A stretch of DNA of 35,503 nt from Catajapyx aquilonaris (taxonomy: Eukaryota), in NCBI GenBank assembly GCA_000934665.2, contig JYFJ02004047.1:1-35503 (forward strand), read 5' to 3'. How positions within the stretch are numbered: position 1 is the first letter of the stretch; each line of letters starts with the position of its first letter. The notes under the pieces are model-generated. The model was given only the letters and a program-made list of their open reading frames with translations. It did not search any database and was not told where the DNA came from. Position numbers and translations under genes: made by a program. This document shows, one piece after another, positions 24,301 to 35,503 of this stretch.

Positions 24301-25564
24301 CTCCTTTGTTACCTGCTAGGGTTTAAGGGGGAGGACATATACGACCTTTTTACTCTAATACATGTCATTTCTCTTGATCACATTATTTAAAAATATATAC
24401 AAATTATAAATGGAAACTTGCAAAGGATCTACAAATAAACAAAAGATATCATAACTGGGCACTGTTGGAAGCATATAAAATTACTTCTACGTGGAGTATC
24501 ATATATATGGAACAGGTATACATATCAAGTCAATGTAAAGTTTTTCTGCACGTTACAATTTGGGCACGTCGTCTCTGAGTCTAACGTAATTATTGAACCA
24601 GTTTTAGTGTAAATTTTAGCGATTAATTTCTCAGATTCACCAACAATCTGGTAAGATGTAAGGGCATATTTGACGCAAAATACTGATCCTGGTTAAAATC
24701 AGCACAGCCTTTACTCCTCTTGAGCCTAGTCACCGAGCAGTATTATTAATGCACTAGTACAGGATATTGTATAGAAACGTTATATGAAACACAAGTTGTG
24801 CTTAATGTTGATGCCGTTTTCGCTGGACAAAATGACCCACAGGGCCACTGCAGGTCCCACTAATGGTGCCGTGAAATGCTCCTACCATAGGCCCAAGCAT
24901 TTATTGCTCAGAGCTCGAGCACTCTATAGGTTAAATCGGCCCTAAGGCCAACAAAGTCAACCATCTTATCCCCATGCACCCATAGTCACGGCGGGCTTAA
25001 CACCCCCACTCCAAAAAGTACGGCCCAAACTTTCGAATTCTTTCTCCCTCAGACAAACTGATCACGACTGAACTTACATTTTGCTGAGTGCCACTCAACA
25101 ACACGACACAACCCAATTTTCAAAGCAGGAAATATGTGCTAGTGCTACACAACCAAATACAGTCATAAGCCCTCTACGGGGCGCATCACATCTTAATTCT
25201 ATCAACATATTTATACCTGCCGTGAATCTTGTACCGGACTGATCTCGGATTTAGTAATGGGACCAAATGAGTCCTTCCTGATGCAGTTAGGTTCCGGGCG
25301 TGACTTACAGATATGTGCAAGCAAGAAATTCCTTTCGGCAGTGCGAACAGTAAAGGACGCGGAGTTTCCTCGAAGCAAGCTGCGGAGTGGCGCGCTTCAT
25401 TTACCTGCTTTTTTGCGTAATTGCATTTCGAGCAAGACTCGGAGGAATTCCGTATGAGCAGAGAAGCCTGTTTACCCTGCGGCTAAAGCAGGGGGTCCAA
25501 TAACACGCAGGCCAACTGGTCCTGAGCTCAGGGATGGAAAAGGGGAGACCGGGGGGGGGTGGTC

Positions 25565-25566
<2 letters not shown>

Positions 25567-25633
<67 letters not shown>
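25567..25633. repeat. (GA)n microsatellite
   Basis: Directly visible. Confidence 0.97.
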
Positions 25634-25634
<1 letters not shown>

Positions 25635-26220
25635 ATTAATTCTGCCTGGGACTCAAGGAATGTTTAGTCAGAGTCTATAACCACGTCTCTATATGCAGTA
25701 TTCTTGGCTTATGAGAGGAATCGCCTTCGTTATTTCTATTTTTTTTTTTTTTTGAAACCATTTCCCCCCCTCCCTCCCCACAATTTTGGTCTTGTACACG
25801 TTTATGGTTCCAAACTTAATGGTAAGTTGTGGGAGCCTTCATGTTGCTTTCGTTCTGAGTTTGTAGTAATACAAATGGGAAGGTTGCAGTTTTCTTATAT
25901 GCTTGTTTTTTTCGGTTTTTTTCTGGAATTCCGAGGTTGATGGCAAATGAGTGTCTTGTTTCTCGCAGATTTTACATTTTAAGAAGGGTTCCGTGCTTTT
26001 TTGAAGCTAGGATGTTTTCCTAGACAGGAAAACAAACCCAGCGAAGCGGAAAAAAATTGTAGCCATGCTAGCGCAGGAAATAAGTAACTGTTACGGAAAA
26101 TTGATGCTAAAGCATGTAGGTTACTGTACACCTGCGTCATTATCCGCACTGTACTGTTGGTGTAGGGAAGTAAAACAGAGGAATATCGAGTTATTTTATT
26201 TTATTTTTCGGGCTCTAGAC

Positions 26221-26730
26221 CAGGGGCGGGCAACCTATACGGCCCGCGAAGACAATTTGCGCGGCCCGCGCAAAAATTTGGGAATTTCTGAAATGTTTGA
26301 AAAATTAAATTTGCAAAGTTTTATGCCTGTGCCTTTCTTTTTAACTCTTTTCAATCCACAAAAACATTGTTTTTTATTTATACTGACAGGCCATTTTCAT
26401 TGATATATTTAGCTAATTTTATTGATTTTCAGAGAATTTAATGATAATTTATGCAATTAATGGAAGGTCATTTAAAACGATGGATATACGGTATAAGTGT
26501 AAACTTTTTTTATAATGGCCGGTTTCACCGAGCCCGGTTTTGATAAAAACCCCGGTTCTTTTGGAAAATCCCTATTCTATTTGCAGGGATTTTCCGAAAG
26601 AACGGGAGGTTTTATCAAAACCGGGCTCGGTGAAACCGACCCTAAGTTGAGATTTATTTGTTAGATGCGGCCCGTCAAATTTTTAAAAATCTCTATGCGG
26701 CCCACGGAGACAAAAGGTTGCCCACCCCTG
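26221..26730. mobile_element. hAT (Charlie/Buster-type) MITE
   Basis: Perfect 8-bp TSD CTCTAGAC (26213-26220, 26731-26738); TIR CAGGGGCGGGCAACCT / AGGTTGCCCACCCCTG (15/16); subterminal GCGGCCC repeats. Confidence 0.95.
26516..26642. mobile_element. PIF/Harbinger (Tourist-like) MITE nested in the hAT MITE
   Basis: TAA TSD (26513-26515, 26643-26645). Almost fully palindromic: cggtttcaccgagcccggttttgataaaa...ttttatcaaaaccgggctcggtgaaaccg. Confidence 0.88.
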
Positions 26731-29700
26731 CTCTAGACTGTCTAGACTTCTAGAGGAAGGCAAATAGTAATAATTAATGTAGAATATAATATGTGATCAT
26801 GTGGAGTGTTATTACTTGCTTTGCTTACGAAGGATTCCTTTAATAACCTTACAAAACTGCAGCCACTCTTGACGAGCTTTTCACATTAACTGTGATTAAA
26901 TTACGGGAGAATGGGAGGGGTCAGAATATTTTCATATTTAATATTGTTAGAATATAACAAAATAATTGAGTCGAATACTGTGAAAGCTAAACTTGTACAA
27001 ATGCGGGGTACAGGCGTTTTACAATCACGCATTTGAAACAAAATTAACATCCCAAAAACTATAAGCAACATTAGCTTCTCACTAGGTTCCCCTTCAATGT
27101 TAAAAATTGTTCCCTAAAACAGTGAAGTACTGGATGCAAGGGAACATGGTATAACAAAAACAGACTGAGAATTTGTACAATTTATGCCCTCCCAATGTAA
27201 GAGGCGTGTGGGACCCTTGAAAGCGAACTTGAAATATATTGGGGACATGGGACATCTTGCCACTGAGCGGTTGAGAAGGACAACAACCATTCTTACATGG
27301 TACCAAGACAACATAGCGCCTGATAATCAGAAGTGTTGAAACAGTTTAGATGAGCTTCTGACTTCACTTGTCGAAGTGTGAAATTATTTTGAATCATTAG
27401 AAATATTTACAAGAAGTTTTTCTCTCACCCATATAAGGTATCAATTTTGGACCTGAACAATAGTAATTAATTTGCTTATTTACATTTACACCAGTCAGAG
27501 TTTTTTTGGGGGCGCGGAATGCGTCTATTGTTGCCAGGTTTCGAATGAAAGTTTTCAGCGTAATAATGTAGCACACATCAAATGAATACGGAACAATAAG
27601 GGCAGTGTTTTATTAACAATCGAGATCGAGTGATTGCTGAAATTCCATTATTCGGCTGAAAATTGAAATACGGGCGATATAGACTGTAAGGAACGAGCGC
27701 AATATTACTCCCGAATATTTTACCAAACAGCAGGGAATTTTAAAATTTATTACTTCCCGGTTCTATTAAACGCGCTAGGACAATTTTAATGCCCATACAC
27801 GCGCCTGCGCGATATTTGTCAGATGGCTTTGGATTGAGTAGCCAAGATCCGATTACATTATCATGGCGGTGTTTTTACTGAAGATTTACCATTGGAGACC
27901 TGGCTTCTGGCGTTACATTGGACGGGGGGTATAGGATGATGGAGGATGGGGGTGGGGGGTGGATGGTGGAGGGGGGCTCTGGCTGTTAATTGGTTTTAGG
28001 AGCGGTCTTTTAATCAGGGTCGTTGTTTGAAGAATGAGCGCTCTGGCACGCAGGGCCCGACAGCCCCAAAATGATTGCCACCGTCCCCCATCCCCCCGCT
28101 CCATCCAACTCCGTCTATCCACCTATAGTACACTACCTGCTTTCATCTCTGCAAACAAAATTATCGCCATGTTTGGGCATAGAGGGGAGTTGCATCTTGA
28201 AAATCCAGGGGTCAACAATTAGTCGAGAAGATGGAGTCAAAAGTTTGTACTAGCGCCTTTTAGAAGCGGATTTTGTTTGAGAGCAAAACCAAGTCGCGCA
28301 ATTCCAGGACGTACTGTATGCTCTCATAATCTTGTCAGCCAGTTGGCGTCAGCGCACTAAAAGCGGCCAGGTTGGCCTCCTGCGGACAAGAGTATAGATG
28401 GCGTGCGGTTCTGTGCGCCGGCAGAGCCCTCATTCTCTCTGGGCTCTAAATGGGGGAAACTGTATACTACTGTAGAGTTGTTGACATGTTTCCATGTTCA
28501 AGGATTATTTTTATGCGAAGTTCCATAATCAATATTACTAAGTGAAATGCAACTTTGTGCATGTTTCCGATAGGTAACGTCATTGTTTGACTTGATGTGT
28601 ACAGTAAGACGGCTTATTCTAGTACGAAGTTTGCGAACGTTATTACTCCACAGGACCTGACTATACCGTCGTGACACAAGTGATCAACTAGCTCCATCGT
28701 AATAAAGTCGCAACAAAAGATAAAATGACTATTGCTAGGTTTCATATTAAATTGCGGAAGTGCTATTATGCAAGTGCACTGGTGGTACGCCGTCAATTTT
28801 ATTTGTCCCCAACCACCATTCTGTATACTTATATTGTTCGTCACTGCGCCATTTCCTGAGACAAAGAGAATCTCGTCCGCAACTACTACTACTAAAACAT
28901 TCACAAAAAACATCCAGCGTTGTTACTGGAGAAGCAAAAAATTGCGGTGGGTTTTAGATATTGGCCCAGGCCCATGTTTTTAATGGCTGGACATAAAAGG
29001 GTGGCCATGTAGACCTCCGTGTGCAATTTTGAGGAGACACAAAAAGTCAGTTGGCCGTGTCCAGGGGATCGACAACAGTTTGGATTCTAAAAAGCCCCTT
29101 CCCTCCCCGCCATAAAATGGGGAGTGGGTGGGGGAAGGGGGGGGGGCTTTGGCCAGCTGCTCTTTTTCCCGTCCCTTGATGAGTTACGACCACCACCGCC
29201 ATGACAGTCGAATGCATACAAAAATCGCTAATAGGACGCTGGAGCCAAAAGTTCGCTGAAACTCCAGGAAATTGATGTTGCGTGAGAAATAATGTGGGCG
29301 CTTTTTGTGCTTTTTTGTGAGTCAAGTGACCGCCATTTGTTATTCACTTAGTAGCGAAGATGAGCTCGTCTCAGATAATGCGACGATTGGTTTAATGTCC
29401 TTTTGTTTTATGGGAGTAATGCAGGTCATCAGTTTAAACAGTTTGTGCCCCATTGTTAACGGGGGGAGGGGGGGGGGCATCATGGCTCACTCCACTTGTT
29501 TTCCAGCAGGGACATTCAAAGACATCAGCTCATCAGCATGCGGTGTTCAAAGTGTCAAATATGTTTATTGATAGATGAAAAATCATGATGATTAACACAC
29601 GCCATGGTTTTCCTGACGATATATTATTCTCTCAGTAATTTTGACACTGTTGTTTTCATTATTATGGGGGTACATAGTTTTACATACATACTACATATCA

Positions 29701-29841
29701 TTAAGCAGTATTAGGTTCCAATAATTATTAACCAAAAGCAATGATTTTGGCCTAGATGCTTATACAAGTAATAACATTAATGATGAGTTACGCATCACGT
29801 AACCAGCCCCCGGACACTTATACTACATTCTGATGTTATCG

Positions 29842-30130
29842 CCTGCCGAGGCATTTTGCAGGGGGTGCTCACCTGAGAGCGCCATGGGACATTTCAGAGC
29901 CCAGGTAAGTGGAGACCCTACCGCACTAGGCTGAACTTTATAGGTACAAAAGGGAAGCGCTACATGCGGGCCCATAATGGCCGCCGGCGACCATGTTGGG
30001 TCCCCCAATGTAGCTCTTCCCTTTTGTTCCTATAAAGTTCAGCCTAGTCCGGTAGGGTCGCCACTTACCTATGGGCTCTGAAATGTCTGGCGCTCTCAGG
30101 TGTGCACCCCCTGCAAAACGCCCCGGCAGG
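29842..30130. mobile_element. Foldback/MITE-like element, about 125-bp imperfect arms, superfamily unclear
   Basis: cctgccgaggcattttgcagggggtgc... pairs with ...gcaccccctgcaaaacgccccggcagg; no convincing TSD. Confidence 0.75.
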
Positions 30131-30279
30131 GGGTGGGTGGGAGTGACCAGACCTTACTTTCTATGACCATGCACGTAACAGTAGAACTCTTTGGTGATGC
30201 TGTGGAAGAACCGTAACTGGTCGCATGACCACTACTTGCACTTTTACTTATTCGCCACTTTAATTGTCGGAATATTCTA

Positions 30280-30667
30280 CAGGGTGTTGGCGAATTCGTT
30301 ATTCGTCTGCCAAAATGATGTGGGTGGTAGGGATGCGTAACATGGTAGAGGCATGGCATGGGTCGGCAAGGCTGGCGACGATCCGTTTGGGAAATGTCGA
30401 CCTCTGACATCGACGATGTCTATCCTGCCAAGTGTGGATACCCCCGTACATGCCTGCATTGCTGGTTGCCGGAGCCAGGCGCTCTCACTCCCAGACCGTT
30501 GCTCAACTGCAACCAGCAATGCAGGCATGTACGAGGGTATTTATACTTGTCAGGATAGTCATCATCGACGTCGACGTCGTCGCCCGCCATGCGGACCCAT
30601 GCCGTGCTTCTTCCATATGCATCCACTACCACCCGTATCACTTTGGCAGACGAATTAGCGAACCCTG
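30280..30667. mobile_element. Tc1/mariner-type palindromic MITE
   Basis: TA|CAGGGT ... ACCCTG|TA. Arms pair along most of the length, e.g. cgtacatgcctgcattgctggttgc / gcaaccagcaatgcaggcatgtacg. Confidence 0.88.
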
Positions 30668-30692
30668 TATGTCAAAAATACCACCTGATAGC

Positions 30693-30755
30693 TTCCGTAC
30701 TGTGATTGTTTGGCAAAGTCGATCATCGACTTTGCCAAACAATCACAGTACGGAA
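30693..30755. repeat. Perfect palindrome, 31-bp arms, 1-nt spacer
   Basis: ttccgtactgtgattgtttggcaaagtcgat-c-atcgactttgccaaacaatcacagtacggaa. Confidence 0.95.
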
Positions 30756-33700
30756 AAATGCACCGCGGATGGAGTTGATGTCTTCAAAATGAGCCGTCTT
30801 GACCAATATACAGTAGATATACATTAGCAACAGTGCACTAATCCTTCACACCTTATCCTTATCAGATGTCCCTTCAAATCATCTCTAACCTTTCAATGGC
30901 GCTCTGAATATCCACAGGAACTATCTGGATGGCCTTCCATTTTCCCACATCTACTCAGTTAATTTAGAGTAACAATAAATTTTGTGGTTGAAAACGACGG
31001 CAGATTTTTTTAGAAAATTAGCGGTAATCACGTCGTCAATATTTATATCAGGACACTGGCTGGTATAATGTCTGCAAGAAATTTCTTTATATATCTCACA
31101 AATCTATCAAATCCTTAAGACGACTACAATGAACCGTTATAATTATCAAGTATTTCAAAAAATAAAGACGCAGTGGTCAGATGACCACTATCATACTTGC
31201 AACCATGTAGTGTATAATACCACACAGTCAATAATATGGATTTTAGAACCTTTAATTATCATCTACTATCTGATTTAATATGATGACCTTTAATGTATCA
31301 AGACAAATCACGCGTGGTATACTGTTGTGTTGGTTCATTTTCTATTGTAATTACTGCATGCATGGAATTAGTTTTAGCTGCATGTAACTTTATGTCATGC
31401 ACACTTTCAACAATTGGCTTATGTTAATTTGGCGTGATAGTGGTAATGCATAGTTGACTCCACTAGCAATAAAGTGATCAGTTCTGCAAATTGCAAGATT
31501 CTAATATTAAACAATTACTGCTACTGTCAATACGTTCACGTGAAGAAGAAACATAAGAGAAAATCTGTGTCTTGTCGCTATTAATATTTGAAATGCTACT
31601 TTCATCATTTGTTAGTATCGTTAGAGAACCATATCACAACAGTAGCAGCAGTGAACGTCATTATATCTACATCTGACCAATTACATCTTGGGACACATCC
31701 TGTACTATTTAAAATCATAACCTAGGCTCTGTATAAGCCATGTTGTGTAAGCAGTACTTCTATGTTCATACTGTACTTATAGAGTATCTGTTGCATAGAT
31801 GATTTTGAAACAGCAGCATTGTTTTCGTAGTGGACATAGGAAAACCATCACAATTCATAATAAAATAGAAAGTGGTATCAAACCTCCCTTCTGAGGCATA
31901 TGGAATATTGCTTTTTTGTTGATTAGGTGTACCAATCCTTTTCCACAATGACTGCCACATGTCAGGATTAGAGTTATGAATACTAATGGTTGCATAATAT
32001 ACGGTATATTTTTTGTATATTTTGCTAATACTGTATTTGAGAGCAGGTCAACCGGATATGCCTTTTCCAGATACCGCCAAACATGTTATGATGTGAAGTC
32101 AATCATTGATTATTACTGTTATTGCAATATCCTGACACAGTCATTCATCATTACAACCGTGATTTAAAATGTAAAACTCCGTATGTTTATGGAGCAGCGT
32201 GGTGTGTAACGCGAACTGTGTATCCATCTCTGCCTTCTTGGGCACACAGTACAACGTATACGTTACGTGTACATATCCCAGGGGGCTTAATGCGAGGATC
32301 CTTCCAGCCATGTGTACATTGCGGGGCTTCCGGAAGTGGAGGAAGGGATGAGCGGGAGGCAGGTGGGGAAGGAATTTCGGAAACCGACAATCTCTGTTCC
32401 CCCGTAAAATATATGACGATATGGCGACATATTGCTGCTCTCCCGACGACGCACCAGATGCGTCTCAATCAACTATTTACTAAACATTTTTCAAACCTCC
32501 CTGCATTTTGTGTATCACATACTTTTTTGCCGCTTTTGGCTAAATTGGCCACAATCAGTAGGGGAGGGAAGGCAGCATGATGCGCTTTTGCTCATTAATG
32601 CTAATCAGCAATCAATCATGCTAATTGCTTGCAAATTTGATATAAAAGTTGACTCTAACCCCTGCTGAGTTACAAGACTATTTGGAATATTATTAACGGA
32701 ATAAGGGGTGATGGTAACTAGGACAAAATATATCATAAGTCAAACGCAAATCGTATTGGTACAATCAGCGATAGTTTACAGATGATGATCTCCTCTCACA
32801 TTACTTAGTAGCGTGTTAAAATAATTCAATGGTAATAGGGGTCTTCTTATTTGTTAGGCGAGTTAGCAAGGGAGGTTGATATAACTCGCAGGATGATTCC
32901 TATTACCAGAGGGCATGACAGAAAATTTAACATATTTCCATAATGAATTCAAAATTATGGGATAATTTGTTATTTTGTAAGTGTCCAAGAAAGTTAAATG
33001 CCAGAGGAAATGCGAATATTAAGGACAGGCTGTACAGTGTCAGACACTCGGGTTCTGCTAATGCATTTACCTGGGACACATCCCTCACTAATCTTGTCAC
33101 AGGTAAGAAATGTGTCGCAGATAGTAGCTTTCACAGGATATACAGTCCGTTAAACCAAAGAAAGCTTTGATGTCACGTTCAGCCCAAACTCCACCCGGCT
33201 CTTCCGTCTTATCATGTCCCCGAATCGCTCTGCCAGCAAACTACGGCGCATGCTCAGAAAACACGACAAGTGTGACGTCAAATCGTTCTGTCGCTCAAAG
33301 AACTGCGACTGTAGCAAATAAAAAGTGACCGCAAGTCGCATTTAGCCAGTAGTAGTACTGTGCAGCGTGAAATGTTAGGTGTATACAGTCAGTTTGGTAA
33401 TATTAACCCTCTAAATAACCCAATTTAAGTTGCGACAAAAGCTCATTTTAACGAGTACGTTATTTGCATTTTGTAATTAACAAACTGAAAGCTTATAAAG
33501 AGTAGTTACATAAAAGGTTCCTGCAATTTTGTTCATTCCAATTGTGCACATTGTGTTCACAGAAACCTTTGGTGTAAACAGCCATGTGTGTCATTATCGG
33601 GGGAATTACTAGTTGGATCAATAGTTTCCTCTGGGAAGTCCCTAAAGAAAGGGGTCTGGGAAAGATAAGTGCTGGTTTATTTTCACTCCTCGTACATTGA

Positions 33701-35503
33701 AATGACTTTAATTCGCGCCAAACAACGGCAATAAAATTCCTTACAGCAGCACCCAGGGAAATAATGTCTCGAAATCTGTGGCAATGGCTCCTCGCTCGCA
33801 CTAGCACACGAAATATTGTAAATCAAAGAAAAAAAGAGGTGGCGCGACCCTGCTGTATTGAACTAAAAGCTTTGACAAACCCTTCGGGAATGGAGTCAAA
33901 ATAGACCAAATAGCTTCCATGCTGTAATGACAGCATTTCCTTCGAGAATACCGCCTCTCAAGAACACATTTTTACCTGGCTCTAACTCCTTCTTCAACAA
34001 ACTTCCCCCCCCCCCCCCACCCCTTCTCTCGACCTCTCCTAAATGTCTTTTTGTCAACTCTAACCTGCCCATGAATAAGTGAAATCTCTTCTACGAGATG
34101 TGTCATTCCGGACCGAAGAAACGACCAATAAAAAATGCAGCGCTCATGTCACAAGTTCAGAAACCGTGTTGATCACCATTCCAAAGTCATGTTCCTTGAC
34201 ACTAGTCTCATTTGGGAAACAGCTGATTTGATGGCTCTGCACTTGGCAAAGAAAAACTCTCGCTCCTGAGTCATTAACGGCTTTTGACGTGGCAAAAGTG
34301 ACGTACCACTTTGTCAGGGAAGGACTCTTTATCGTCCGGATAATATGGCAACCCCTCCCCCTCTCCCCCGGCTCATCTACCCTTTCCACGGACCTGTATC
34401 AGCCCCTGTTGCACATCTGTCTATTCGAACCCCCCACTCTATTAGCGTCATTCTGGCACCACCGGGCTTTCGTAATTAAATCTGGAGGCGAGAGCAGGAA
34501 GGCTATTGGATCCGGGGAATCCGGACGCCTCACTTTCTTCTTTTTTGGCCAGGGTAATGCATTACCTTTTCAATAATACGCGGGAAGAGGGCAAGGGAAG
34601 ATTGGCTTTCGCCCGGACACTTGACCACAACCGATGCTTACTTGTGTCTCTGCTGACTAATGAGAGACTATACTGTAGATCTAAGCGCGCGTTTGCTGAT
34701 GAGGGCAATAGAGCACGATCCACAAGGAATATATGACGTGGGGGATCACGTGAAAGTGTCATAGTTTCAAGGAACTGATGGGGATGTCGTGATTAAAAGA
34801 AAGGTCCTTTTTGTAGGAAGGAATGCCATATGGTGCGTTTTGGCTTATGCTGCTGCTTTTGTACTAGATTCATGCCTTGATTTAGGTATTCTTGGCAGCT
34901 GCTCTGCGTCCGCTGATAAAAGTGGATACTCTTGACCCCGTCTGCCGTCAAAATAGGCATCTTCCAAAAATGCTGAGACCTTTAGGAGGAAATTGTAAGG
35001 ATGAAAAGAATGCGATAACTTTATGAGAAAATCGACCAAAGAACAAAAAGTATCTTCACGGACAATGTAAAAAATCTAATAACCCAGTACACTGTGCTCC
35101 TAATGGTTTTTATTTTGATTATTAAAATATGGCGAGGAGTATAGTTGGCGAAGAAGCAGAATAAGTGCTTTTCAGAGATGCCTACAGCACTACAGGCTGT
35201 TCCAACCACAATATAAGGTAAATTAACACAACAACGGAACAACTCACGTTTCTACGTGCCGGAAAATATTTGCATCGTTTCAAGCACGAATTGTTTGTGT
35301 AGTTTGCAGGAAGCAAAGGTGAACTCATTACGAAATTACAATTATATTAACACGCACATATAGGCTGCAACAATGATTTAGACATTTTAGAGTTTGCATA
35401 GGGACAATTAGGGGGCACGGCAGTGCCCCCGCCAAGTTCTCGCCGCACTGCCGGACCACCTTTACCCGACACAACTCACGTCATTTTCACCCCCTCGAAT
35501 CTT

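Noticed and set aside
29797..30179. CACGTAAC direct repeat as an 8-bp TSD around the foldback
   Set aside because: The sequences just inside the repeats are not inverted termini.
30277..30827. Overlapping ORFs on both strands sharing peptide words
   Set aside because: A consequence of the GC-rich palindromic MITE.
1..35503. CRISPR array, prokaryotic operon or autonomous transposase/RT
   Set aside because: No regularly spaced repeats, no long ORFs and no DDE or RT motifs seen.

Overview
Eukaryotic, AT-rich, repeat-littered animal DNA, probably an invertebrate; one SINE resembles arthropod/insect SINEs as I recall them. None of the supplied long ORFs looks like a real gene. Spliced reading reveals three small minus-strand exons (2459-2073) that join in frame into the N-terminus of a divergent Cys-loop ligand-gated ion channel subunit, including the 68-nt phase 1-to-0 exon typical of GABA-A/GlyR/GluCl genes; the rest of that gene probably lies left of the window. 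A plus-strand signal-peptide first exon (18123-18216) sits behind a CpG-rich, TATA-like promoter and is followed by what looks like a long intron. The remainder holds Tc1/mariner, pogo, hAT and PIF/Harbinger MITEs (one nested), two different tRNA-SINEs joined tail to tail with a shared 3' tail, microsatellites, near-perfect palindromes (three abutting at 11085-11302), and a clear excess of TACAGTA/TACTGTA heptamers resembling transposon excision footprints. No prokaryotic-type system, CRISPR array or autonomous transposon was found.
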